The position numbers were made by a program, and so were the translations under genes. This document shows, piece by piece, positions 1 to 12,081 of a DNA stretch of 64,000 bases. The notes under the pieces are model-generated. The model ran no database searches, had not been told where the DNA came from, and saw only the letters and a list, made by a program, of their open reading frames with translations. Each line of letters begins with the position of its first letter. The first letter of the stretch is position 1. Where the stretch lies: the NCBI GenBank assembly GCA_016748015.1, contig JAAOMT010000295.1, positions 1,364,001 to 1,428,000 on the forward strand, written 5' to 3'. The stretch is from Geosiphon pyriformis uo1. Its lineage: Eukaryota > Fungi > Glomeromycota.

Positions 1-3000
1 AATATGCTAATATATTCATCAAAGACAATAATAATCTCAAAAAAACTAATATTGTGCAACATTAAATTCACACAAAAAATGTTCTATCAAAAGACTAACA
101 AGTCTATCAAGTTTTACTTGCCAGCCACCAATTCATAAAAAAAAAGTGCAATAAATGCTTAACAAAAGTTTTATACAATCATCAAAAAATCTCTGAACTT
201 TATTAGTGGTCTTTTTTAAAAAAAAAATAAGAAAATCAGATTTTATGTAAATTATTGTCAACTAAATAGTATTACAATTAGAGATGTTTATTCACTTCCA
301 AGTAGAGTTTTAATGTTTGGTCTGATTTGGTTTGAGTTTGATTAAACTACTGAATTGAATTGAATTCAAACAGAAAATTTGACAAAATTTCAAACTTGAA
401 CTCAAACCAGACTTAAAATTATCAAACTTAAATTAAATCCAAACATATACAACAAGTCTGGTTCAAGTTTGGTTCGAAGTTTATAAATATGTTATAAAAT
501 TTTTTATTATTAACATTAATAGCAGTTATTACAAAAAACTAAAGCAGTTTTCTAGTTAAATTGGCCAAAAATCATAAAAAAAATAACAATTTTACCTGTT
601 AAAACATTTCTTAAATTAACTTGCAATTTTTCTGGTTATTTTGTTTTTTTTATAATATTTTCTTATTGTAACATATAATGTTTAGTAAAAAGTTTCTAAA
701 TAGCACTATAAGAATTTGAGAATGCCCAAAGTTTTACCAAAAAATGATTTATGTACATATTTTGAGACTGTATATTTAGCTGTTTTTTTTTTATTCATTT
801 AAATTTATCAAAATAGTCTTATACTTCAATATAAAAACTATATTTACTAAATATATTAATATTTGAACTATTTGGATTATCAAATTTTATTATTTCGAAT
901 TTTGAATCTTTAGTAACATTGAATAATGCCAACAATAAATTTATTTTGGTAAGTTAAAAAGTAGAATTTTTTACATATATATTTTTATATACCTCTTTAA
1001 CTGATTATAATAATTAAACAAAATAATAATTAATAAACAAATAGTACAAGTTATATTTTTTTTTAATTTCATTGAACTTGAACAAGTTTATAAACTTCAA
1101 ACCAAATTCAAATTAAACTCAAACTTATTAAAAAAGTTTAATATTAAACTCAAACCAAACCTACTTTGAAAAATTGGTTTAGTTTAAATTTAGTTTATAA
1201 TTTAAACCAAACTTAAACAACACCTAAAGTTTGGTTTGGTTTGGTTTGATCAAAACTCTATTTTCAAAAATTGACAATATGCTAAATGATCTTGGAAAAG
1301 CCAAGTTTTTCTTAACTTTAGACTTAAAAAAAAATATTAACAAGTCAAAATAAATCTTAAAAATCACTTAAAAACAGCATTTACTATATAAAAAAAACTA
1401 TGAGTTTAATGTTATGCCATTTTAACTTTGCAATGTACCAGTAATATTTTAAAGACTCATGAATATTGTTTATGAAAAACTCTTATAACAATCAGTAGTT
1501 ATTTATCTTAATAATACTAATGTCTACTTATCAAGTTTCAAAGCTTATCTAATCTATTTGCAAAAAATTTTTCAATAATTACAGAAAGCAGAATTGAAAT
1601 TAAACATTGAAAAATGTTATTTCAAAAAAACAAGTTTAATTTTTTTTGAACATATTGTTAGTAAAAATGAAGTGCAATCCAATCCAAAAATAATTAGTGC
1701 TGTTAAAAACTTTTAGGTTTTCCAAAATATTATAGAACTAAAAGAATTTATAGGATTAATTTTCTATTACCAAAAGTTTATTAAAAAAATTTTTGAAATC
1801 ATTAAACTACTTAACTATCTAATTAATAAAAATATTAAATATTAATAGATTTAAGTCTAACAGCAAATATTTGATATTCTCAAAAAAAAACTCATTACTA
1901 TTTTAATTCTTATTTATCTTAACTTTAACAAAAAATTCTAGTTAGTCATTAATATTTTATATACAGCTTTTGGTACTATCTTATTATAATTAAATATCAA
2001 TAGCAATAAGCAAATAATTACATATGTCAGTAGAATATTTAAGCCAATAGAACTCAAATATGGCTTAATTAAATTAAAAACAGCAGCTATTATCTAAGCT
2101 TTCAAACACTTTTAACAATACTTTAGAAATAAATCTTATTTCAATATTATTATTGATAATATTGCCCTTAAATAGCTCAATAAGAAAAGCTTTAAACTCA
2201 GTATAAAACAATTTTAATGGACTGATTTTTTAGCTAATTACAAATATATTATGCATCACAAATTAGAAAAATTACACATAAATATTGATAGTCTTTTCAG
2301 AATAAAGCAAGATTAGAATCTATACTAATAATTCAACAATTTAACAAACAAATTAATAATAAAACAATGAATCCTGAAAACTACAACAATATCAAAAACT
2401 ATTTAAAGACTTTTAACATACCAGAAAATTAGTTTTTAGTTAAAAAACACCAACTACAAAACCAAATAAAGTAATACTTTATTCATTACAACAAAATTTA
2501 TTACTAAAATCGCAAAAACCCAACAAATTTATTCAAATTAATTCAACAAAATAAAAATAAAACCATTTTATATAACATATATACAGATTTTTTATTAGCA
2601 CACTTAAGAAAAAATAATACTATTCAAAGAATACTTGAACATTATTTTTGGTTGTACATGTATTAAGACATTTAACAATATATAAAATTATGTAATAGTT
2701 GTCAAAAAAAAAAACTCATCTTATTGAATCTTTAAATTTAATCAAAGTTGAACAATTTTTTGATAAAGTGAAAATTAATTTAGTTGGATTATTATCTATC
2801 ACAACCCAAAAAAACCATTATATTGTAATTGTAGTAGATTATCTTATTTAATAGTCTAAAACCAGAGTTATTTAAAAAGCAAATGCAAAATCAATAACAA
2901 ATTTCATCTATGAAGACATTATTTGTAGACATAAATGTCCAATTAAACTCTTATCTAATCAAAAAACATATTTGTGAACAACTTGATACAAAAAATTTGT

Positions 3001-3722
3001 TAACAATTTAAGATCAAAAATTCTTATAATTATTTTATTATTTTTAAACAAATGAATTAGTAAAACAGTTTAACTGAACATTATATGAATTATTAATCAA
3101 AGTTTTAACTAATTTTGAACAGAAAAAAAATATTTTTATTTCATTAGTGTTACTAGTATACAGAACACTAAAACAAGATATTATAAAACACATATTATTC
3201 GATCTGATCTATAAAAAAATAAGAATGTTACCAATTAACTTCATGATAAAAACATACTTAATACAGCAAATCAACAAAAAAAACTTTCAAAAGACACTTT
3301 AATAAAGAGTCTATATCTTGTTTAGTACTTTAAAAAAATAATAATAAATAGCAGCCACTTATATTGAATACTTTCAAGCTTAACAAAAAGAATGGCATAA
3401 CAACAAATTATTACCAGTTACTAATGAATTCAAAATTGAAAACAAAGTTTTTCTACACAGAATTAAGACAAAAAAACAATAAAATAAAAAATTCGAGCAT
3501 AAATAGAATAGATCATTTTATATTCACAAAATTTTAAACAATGAATTATACAAATTAAGACTTAATAACAAAATTCTAGCCAAAGTTGCATATTAATTAA
3601 AGCACTATCATTTCAGAAATAATTCTGAATTATTAATTTCACAAATTGGTACATATTTTCTGTTAATTAATTTCAAAGATATTTTTTGACATCTAGAATC
3701 AATAGTTATAATAGAACAATAA
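1..3722 (+). pseudogene. pol: Gypsy pol remnant (RT, RNase H, integrase) of element A, interrupted by a MITE
   Basis: KIRFYVNYCQLN..RDVYSLP|RIDN; YLNN (from YLDD) at ~1504; integrase HHCC ~2600-2705; GPF-like motif ~3500; ends ESIVIIEQ*. Many stops and frameshifts. Confidence 0.9.
303..1260. mobile_element. Non-autonomous hAT-like MITE (958 bp)
   Basis: TIRs tagagtttt(a/g)at ... atcaaaactcta. 8-bp TSD cttccaag (295-302) / ttttcaaa (1261-1268), differing only by C>T and G>A. Removal restores RT motif LPRIDN. Subterminal aaacc/ggttt repeats. Confidence 0.88.
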
Positions 3723-3917
3723 CCAAACTTAAATATTTAATTTACTATTATCATAATATTTTTTTAATAATATACAAATATAAAAACAAAAATAGTAAAT
3801 AATTACAAAAAAAACCCAAAATTAAAAAAGATATAAAAATCTTATACTTAAAAATATTTTTTTATTTTTCATTTCAATTTTTTTTTCAAATTTAGTCTTA
3901 ATTTAATTACTTTTATC

Positions 3918-4578
3918 ATGATTATTCCTTGAAACATTCAATAAATATTCCAAAAATTAATGTAAGCTTTAAAACACTCTTTGACTTATTCATAAAAATT
4001 AATGAAGATCAAATTAATTATACTCAAAAGGAAACTATAATGCCAATAGTAAATAATTCTCAGAATTATTACCCTTATAGAAAAAACACAAGAAGTTTTT
4101 GTAGAATTCAATTGCCAAAACTTTAGAAACAGGCTTTAAAAAAATCTTTTATTTGCCTCTTTTGACATTTTACCAAATGCTACAACTTAACAAAAGCTTC
4201 AATTTTTTTTTAATAAACAAAGCCAAGAATATACCTCTATCTTTAGATATTTTCATATCAGGAAAACATTTTATGAACGGAAACTGGAACTTAAAACAAC
4301 AAACTTTACTTTCGAAGCTATACAAAAACAAATTCACAACAAATTCAAGACAACAGCTAGACCAACAAACTTAGAGCAGCCTTTAAACTTTATGATCTAT
4401 TCAATACTTGTAAAAACATTCTACAGAATTTAATACTCCAATTAATAAAAATTTAATATATTGGCAAACTTACAAAACTGAAATTTTAACAATTTTTAGA
4501 CCATATTATGTTAATCATTTTGGATTATTATTTTAATATTACAGATAGTACTTGGACTTTAATAGAACTCAGTCTTGA
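3918..4578 (+). pseudogene. Accessory third ORF (ORF3) of Gypsy A, unknown function
   Basis: Starts MIIP*NIQ*IFQKL, contains AAFKLYDLFNTC, ends DFNRTQS* at the PPT. Homologous to ORF3 of B, C and D. Confidence 0.7.
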
Positions 4579-4589
4579 GGAGGAGATTA

Positions 4590-5533
4590 TGTTACCAGTA
4601 GAATTTTAGCTATTAATTAGCATGAAATTACTCTTATAATTCCTATTATTAATTAGCATATATTAATATTGTTTCAATTATTACTTATTACTTAATTAAA
4701 TTATTAAATATCACTATTTAATTAATAATCTAATTTGTACAATAAGATTAGAATGATCAAATTACACAATATTCCAAACTATATAATATTTAAAAATTTG
4801 CCGAAATTTGTAGAAATTTGCCAAAATAATAAATAGTGTACCGAAATAATTAATAGTTTGTCAAAATAAATTGTAGTCTATCGAAATATATTTTTAGTTT
4901 GTCTAAATCATAACAAAAAGAAAAGTTCAAGTTGTATAAAAAAAGAGCTTTTTTTTATGAGAAAATATATCTTATTCTAGATATCTTACTTTAAATTTAT
5001 CCTAATTAGTACAATTCAAAAATAAAAATATACTTTAAAAAAAACCCAATTCTTGAAATAATTACATTTAACATTCCCCGAAATCCAACTAACGTTTTGA
5101 AATTAACTAGCTACCAATTTCAGTAATTTGTTAGTAACTCCAAGCCTGGATAAAAAACGATTTCCTTGACAAAATTTTATTTCTTTTACATTTTTTTTAT
5201 TTTCTTTTATTTTTATTATTATTATCATTAAAGTAGCTTATAAACAAGATTTTTGTAGAAGAGTTAACTTTCACAACAAAATAACTACACATTTTAGTGA
5301 GCTTCTAGATGAGAAATTCTTGGAAAAAAGTTAACATTTACTACAACATAACTATACAAAGTAACTAGTATGGAATTGGCCATTCTATTTATAAGCCCAG
5401 CAGTTCAAATTATAGGAGATAATTTGAAAATAAATTCAGTTATTGAAAGTTCAACTGCTTTTAGAAAATATGAATTAACAGCAAACAAACATTAACAATA
5501 TTTAAGAAAAGAGACCAAAAATCTCTAATAACA
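4590..5533 (+). repeat. 3' LTR of Gypsy A (944 bp)
   Basis: tgttacc...aataaca, preceded by PPT. Reverse-complement match to 10232-11208 and 29258-30233. Confidence 0.93.
4795..4910 (+). promoter_or_regulatory. Phased YCGAAAT motif array in U3 of the A/B LTR (putative enhancer)
   Basis: ccgaaat 4801, tagaaat 4811, ccaaaat 4821, ccgaaat 4841, tcaaaat 4861, tcgaaat 4881. Regulatory role is inferred. Confidence 0.5.
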
Positions 5534-6687
5534 ATAGATATACTTAAAAAAATAATTATTACTATAATATCTAAGTTTGGTCAAATTTTGTTAATCTGAT
5601 TACAGTTAATTAGACTGTGACAAAAGACTATAATAAAATTTACCAAATCAAATTAGGCAAATTAGTTAATAATTAAATAGTCATTATTAATTAGAAAAAA
5701 TTCAATATAAGTAACTAAAGCTATAGAAAATCATAATACATGAATATTGAAAGATTAATTTAGAGTGCTTTTATTTATTTATTTTATAGAGACAATTGTT
5801 TATAATCTTAGTATTCTATTAGAAAGAACTAATAAAAAAACTTATATTATTAATCAATTATTTGAAACTAACAATAAAGTTTGCTGTACTGTGATTGGTT
5901 TTAAAACAAAAGATGATCTAAAATCTGCTTTTTATACAAAACCGAATTTGGGTGGCATAAAACTCTTTTGGGTTAGAACAAATTTAGTTTAATATAAAAA
6001 GTATAAGCATTTTGGATATTCTGCTTTGAAATATAATATTTTTGGTGTTTTTATCTTTCTATTTTTAAAAGTATTTAAGAAGTTTGTTTTAGATAAAGAT
6101 TGTTTTTAGCTGGTCAAGTTATACACTAAAAAAAATATTTTTATTTTTTATCTTGCTGCTTTGGTAACAAGTTATAAGCTTAAATAATTTCAGTGGCTTT
6201 TGTTTTTAACAATGTGTATTTTAGTCTTAATTCTAAATCTTTTCTTTTTGATGTTTCACATTTTGATAAAAAAGCTTTTTTTGTTTTGTTAGATAATTTT
6301 TTTATGTATACTTATTTAGCATTTTTAGAACATTTTTTAGAACTACTGGCTAATTAAGTATTTGATATTGTATATAGACTAAATAATATAGAATTAGCAT
6401 TAATAATTTCTTTTTTTTTCTTTTATGTCTTGGCAGATTTACTGATTTTTGGTCTGAATTTAAATTTAAGCATGGTTTTAAATAAATTATTTGTATTGTT
6501 TTTTCTTTTTGATAACAATTTCTGAGATTTTGCATTAAATCCAAGTAGTTTTAAAGTTTTAATCACTAAGATAAACGGTTTAGAATCAAAATTAGTAGCT
6601 TTTAAAGCTTCTATTAGTTTAGTTTTGGTAAAATTAAATTAATTGTGTATTGGTTTAAGTTTCTTGGCATTTTTTTCTTCTTAATGA
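5534..6687 (+). pseudogene. LINE ORF1 remnant (RRM-like region plus degenerate zinc knuckle)
   Basis: Homologous to 44752-45888, where the knuckle CKKCEQFKHSTLKC is readable at ~45202. Confidence 0.7.
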
Positions 6688-9600
6688 GTAATTTGGTTTG
6701 AAAATTTGCTGCATATAATGTTTAAAATATCAATGTTTTTGCTAAGCAAAAAGATATTATTTATTGATATATAAATTCAGACAATATAGTTTTAATTATT
6801 ACAAAAACGAAATTAAAGTCTAATATTAGATCATAGATCATAAACAAATTTAATAAAGTGCAGATTTTTACATCTGGTTTGAATAAAAACTTTTTTAGTG
6901 TTAAGATAGTTATTATTATAAACAGTTTTTTGGCTTGACATGTTTCAAAAGTGAAAAAGATTTCTGGTTAAGTTATTTTAATACAGCTTTTGTTTAAGAG
7001 TAAATAATTGGTTACAATTTTGGGTTTGTATATTGGTGCTTTTATTAAAGCTAAGTTTAATTAAATATCAAAAATCAATTTTTTTATTGTCAAAACAGTT
7101 AACTTTAGTACTTTTGTGGTCTTAAATGGAGAGTTTAACAAAAATAAGTCAAAAAAATACAAGTTTTAAGTTCTGTTTGAATTTGAGTTTGATTAATTTA
7201 TTTAATAGATATTTAAAAAAGTTAAAAATATTATAGATTATATTTTTGTTAGTAAGAATTTATTATTTGCAGTAGTTATAAAGTCAACTTTGTGTTAGAT
7301 TTTTTTAATATTAATTACAAGACAGTTTTGGTTTTAATTGCTTTGAATAGTTTTTGAATGTTTATTTAAATAGCTTATATAAATAGACTAACAAAAATTG
7401 CTAGAAGTTTAAGATAAAAAATACAAATAAGATTAAATAAATATATTTTAAGAAATATTTTTTTAATAAGCTATTAGTTATAATAAATACATATACAAAT
7501 GCAAAAAATTCTGGAAATTTGGATATAATATAAAAGATATTAAGAGAAATTATAGTGGATTTAACTAATAAAGTTTTTTTAGATATTGGTTTGGTGTATT
7601 TAATTGCTTAAAAAACAAACATTTGTCAAATATTTTTAGATTAGAGTTGCTAGTTATCAAATTAATTAAAGCTTTAAGATTAAGTAATACAGTTAGAACT
7701 AATTTTTTGCTTTATGCTTAATTAGTTATTAATAGTAATAAAGCTTCTAAATTACAAGCCATAGTTCAAAATAGTGTCAAGTTTTTAAATATTTTTAGCT
7801 GTTTATTAAGGATCAAAAAAAACTACTATAAATCAAAAATATATGAATTTAAAATTGTTAAAACTACTGCTATTAAATATGTAATTGAAAAAAAAAATGA
7901 ATAATTTTTGCTTAAATAAAAGCCATATAATCAAAAATATATTGGAAAGACTATTTTACAAAGTGATATTAAACCATTTAATAATTGCTAATAAGCTAAT
8001 ATTAAAATTTAATAAGATTAGATCTAAGATAAATTCAATTATAAAAAATTAAACTAGAAAGTAGATAATTCTTAGATTATTGTTTAAACTCTGAATTAAT
8101 CAGTATGTCTCTTTAAATTATGTGGTTGGCAATATTTTTTTGATATTATAAATGTTATTAGCTATAAAAAATTGGTACAGATAGTCAAAATTTTGCCAGA
8201 TAAAAAGATTGCTGGTTTGAGTAATATATCAAATAAGCCGTGGAAATATTGTAATAAAGATATTCTAAAACATTTTTTAGTGTTGTTAAACTTATATTTA
8301 ATCTTGAGTATAGTTCCAGCTTTGTAAAAAAGAACATAAATCTTAATAATACCAAAGTCTTATAAATAAAATAGGATTTTAATAAATACTTAGTTTATTG
8401 TTCTAATTAAGATAACTAAAAAAATTCTGTTTAAAATTTTTTCGAATTGGATTTTATTTGCTTACAGTAATTTTGGTATTCTTTGTAAAGACAATTTTTC
8501 TGGTTAAAAAATACTTCAATACAGTTTTCTGTGTTTGTTGTTGGCTCTATAATTAAAAATTCTCTGGAAAAAAATAAAGAGATTTGGTTGATTTTATAGA
8601 ATATACACAAAATATATAATTCTGTTGGTTAAACCCATTTGAAAACTAGTTTGTAACATATTAAAATATGTAAAAAGTTTGTTAGTTTTTTTGGCAGCAT
8701 TTATAAAAATAAAATAAATAAATTAATAACAAACTTTAGTCTTATTGACAATTATCAGATGCATAATAAATTGGATCAAGATAAAATTTTCTCTTTTTTT
8801 TAGAAAATTTTTTATAATCTCTTTTTATATGAGGTAAAAAGGCATAAAAATTTGTTTAAATACTGTATTTACATTAAATTTGTGGTTAAAACAAATAAAA
8901 TTGAGACCAAAAAAAGAAAAACTTTTTTCTTTATAATTAATGCTTTTATTAATAATATTATTTAAATTAAAAATAGTTAAGTATCTACTCAATACATATT
9001 GGATATTACTATTGTATTTTTTTCAATCAATAATAATAAATTGTGGCTATATCTATTAATTATAGGATCAAAAATGCTGTTCTAAGAATCAGTGATCTGT
9101 TAATTTTGATTATCAAAAGTGGTGTACTACATAAATATTTAGAAATTTTTTGTTAATTAAAGATTTATTTAAGTTTAATTTGGTCAAAACTTATTCTAAT
9201 ATCAGGTTTTTCTTTAATATGGTGCTAAAAAAAACAATTATAAATAAATAGTTCTTTTATTTAATATTAACAATTTTACAGTCCATAGTCAGTTATTAGT
9301 CACAATTTAGTTTTGTTTTATCTGGTATATATTATAAATAAAATACTATAATCAGAAAGAATTTCAAATCAAAAACTAATTTGCCAAAAGATTTTTTTAA
9401 CAAGACTTTATATTATTATTTTTTTAATAATTTGAAATTTTTTGAGCAAATTTAAGTCAAATAAAAATTAGCTTTAGTAATTACTTTTTTTAATGCTCTT
9501 AGCATTTTTGAACATTTTTTTAAACACAAATTTTTGGACTTGTAAGTTCTAAAGTGGGCTTTTTCAAATTCTTTGTGATTTTTTGTTAAGTTACATATTA

Positions 9601-10231
9601 GCTTAATAAACAATTTTTTGGCTGAAATAATAAAATTTTTTTTGCTTAATAAGTTGTTTATATTAAACAATTTGCCTAATATATTCTGTAGTTCTAAGAA
9701 ATTTTTAATATTGAATATTTTGGAAGGATTTTTGTATTACAATTCAGTATGTTCTTTAAAGCAGTTTAGAGTTGTATTTAATAACAGACTGTTAAACAAA
9801 AAAGATAATATAATAAATTAAAAGTTTTTTTGTTGATAAAAAAAATTGAATTTCAAAGGTTTTGTGTTTTATTGGTTTATTTTAGTTTTGAAATTTTTAC
9901 ATGATAATAGTACTTTGGTATTGGGTTTTGCTAAGACTAATGGTTTTTTTGATATAAATATTCTGAAATCTGATAAGTTTTGAAAGTATATAAAGATTTA
10001 TTTAGAATTTGGTCAAATGTTATTAAGGTATACATGGATAGATCTTTAAAAAATACAGGTTCTATTAAGATTGCTAATAAAACTGTGGCTTATTTTTTGG
10101 CTGTAAATATGAATGTTGGTGTTATAGTTTATAGACTTTTGTTTTTTATGATAGCTAAATTACAAGCTGTTGCTTTGTTATTAGAATATGTTTTATCTTT
10201 TTATGCAATAGTTTTGTATTTAGATAATTAG
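6684..10231 (+). pseudogene. LINE ORF2 remnant (APE, RT, RNase H N-half)
   Basis: APE N-terminus, IDYIF motif ~7232, RT motifs, RNase H first Asp. Many stops. Confidence 0.85.
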
Positions 10232-11208
10232 TGTTATCAAAGGTTTTTGGTCTCTTTTTTTTAAATGTTGTTAATGTTTGTTTACTGTAAATTCACGTTT
10301 CTGGAAGTAGTTGGGCCTTCAATAGCTGAATTTATTTTCAAATTATAAGAAATAATTTGAACTGCTAGGCTTATAAGTAGAATAACCAATTTCATACTAG
10401 TTACTTTGTATAGTTATATTGTAGTAAATATCAACTTTTTTTCAGGAATTGCTTGTCTAAAAGCTCACTAAAAATGTGTAGTTATTTTGTTGTAAAAGTC
10501 AACTCTTTTATAGAAATTTTGTTTGTAGACTACCTTATAATTATAATAATAAAAATAAAATAAAAAAATGCAAAAGAAATAGAATTTTGTTAAAGGAATC
10601 GTTTTCTGGTCTAGGCTTGGAGTTATTAACAAATTACTAAAATTGGTAGCTAATCAATTTCAAAATATTAGTTGGGTTTTAAGAGAATTCCAATTGTAAA
10701 TAGTTAAAGAATTTGGTTTTTAAGTATTTAATTTTTTTTTTTTACTTTTTGTAAAAATAATTAGTTTCAATTAAGATAATTCTGAATTAGATAAGATAAA
10801 ATATATTTTCTCAAAGAGAAAAGTTCTTCTTTTATACAATTTGTTATAGTACTAGTCTATAAACTTAAACTTTCTTTTTTGCTATAATTTTAACAAACTA
10901 AACAATACATTTCAACAAACTACATGTTATTTTAATTAATTATTAACTATTTCAGTGAGTTATCTGTTATTTTGGCAAATTTCGGCAAATTTCGGCAAAT
11001 TTTTGAATGTTATATAGTTTGGAGTATTGTGTAATTTGATTATTTTAATTTTTATTGTATAAATCAGATTATTAATTAAATAATAATATTTGATAATTTG
11101 ATTACATAATAAGTGATAATTTGAAATAATATTAATATATGTTAATTAATAATAAGAATTATAAAAGTAATTTCATGTTAGTTAATAGCTAAAATTCTAC
11201 TGATAACA
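10232..11208 (-). repeat. 3' LTR of Gypsy B
   Basis: tgttatc...gataaca with adjacent PPT. Direct repeat of 29258-30233. Confidence 0.93.
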
Positions 11209-11219
11209 TAATCTTCTTC

Positions 11220-11888
11220 TCAAAACTAAGCTTTATTAAAGTCCAAGCACTATCTGTAATATTAAGATAGTGATCCAAAATAATCATAGTAATTTGGTCT
11301 GAAAATTGTTAAAATTTTAGTTCTGTAAGTTTGCCAATATATTGAATCTTTATTGGTTGAAGTATTGGATTTTGTAAAACTTTTCACAAGTATTGAATAA
11401 GTTATAGAGTTTAAGTGCTGCTTTGAGTTTATAGTAAGTGTTTGTTGATTCAACTGCTGTTTTGAATTTGTTGGGAATTTGTTTTTGTATAGCTTTAAAA
11501 GTGAAGTTTGTTGCTGCAAGTTCTAATTTTTGTTTATAGAGTGTTTTTCTAATATGAAAATATCTATATATAAGAGTATGTTTATTATTCTGTTCATTAA
11601 AATACTGCAGAAGTTTTCATTGAGTTGTGACATTTAATAAAATGTTAATTGAAGTGAATAAAAAGTTTTTTTTTAAAGCTTGTTTTAAAAGTTTTAGTAG
11701 TTAACTTCCAGAATAACTTTTTGTGTTTCTTCTATAATAATTATAAATATTATTTATTATTGGTATTGTAGTTTTTTTTGGGTGTAATTAATTTAACTTC
11801 TATTAATTATTATAGATAAATCAGAAAATGTTTTCAAAGCTAACATTAATTTTGAGAATATTTATTGAATATTTCGTAGAATAATTAT
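11220..11888 (-). pseudogene. ORF3 of Gypsy B
   Basis: IIILRNIQ*IFSKLMLALKTFSDLSIIIN...TYYKLKAALKLYNLFNTCE...DFNKA*. Confidence 0.7.
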
Positions 11889-12081
11889 AGTAAAATAAAA
11901 TAAATTTGTAAATAAAATTTAAAAAAAAAAATAAATTTTTTAAAAGAATTTAAAAAGAAAAAAAAATATATTTTTGAGTATTGGGTTTTTTATATTTTTG
12001 GTTTTGGGTTTTTTTGTAATTATTTACTATTTTTGTTTTATGTTTATGTATTTTAATGTTAAATTAAATGTTCAAATTTGG

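Larger units (their letters stand above)
1..5533 (+). mobile_element. Ty3/Gypsy LTR retrotransposon A, 5' part outside window, decayed
   Basis: RT, RNaseH and integrase remnants in Gypsy order. PPT gaggaggaga at 4577-4586 and 3' LTR TG...CA at 4590-5533. Same family as B (inverted homolog). Confidence 0.93.
5534..10231 (+). mobile_element. LINE copy 1 (ORF1 3' part plus ORF2 APE-RT-RNaseH), cut by Gypsy A on the left and B on the right
   Basis: ORF1-like segment to ~6687. ORF2 starts MSNLV*KFAAYNV (APE) at 6684; RT AFINN (from AFVDD) ~8942; RNase H VYMDRSL ~10028, truncated at YLDN. Confidence 0.88.

Noticed and set aside
1229-1250. (ttggt)n as a telomeric repeat
   Set aside because: Only about 4 units, lying in the subterminal region of the MITE.
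1504-1515. YLNN / FVNN as novel RT active sites, or an alternative genetic code explaining the stops
   Set aside because: Younger copies retain YLDD and FVDD. Changes are G>A, stops are of all three types, and frameshifts co-occur.
5534-10231. Inversion between A and B as the cause of B's missing TSD
   Set aside because: It predicts that B's outer flank (acac) equals the reverse complement of A's inner flank (ctat). They do not match, and the flanking sequence types differ.
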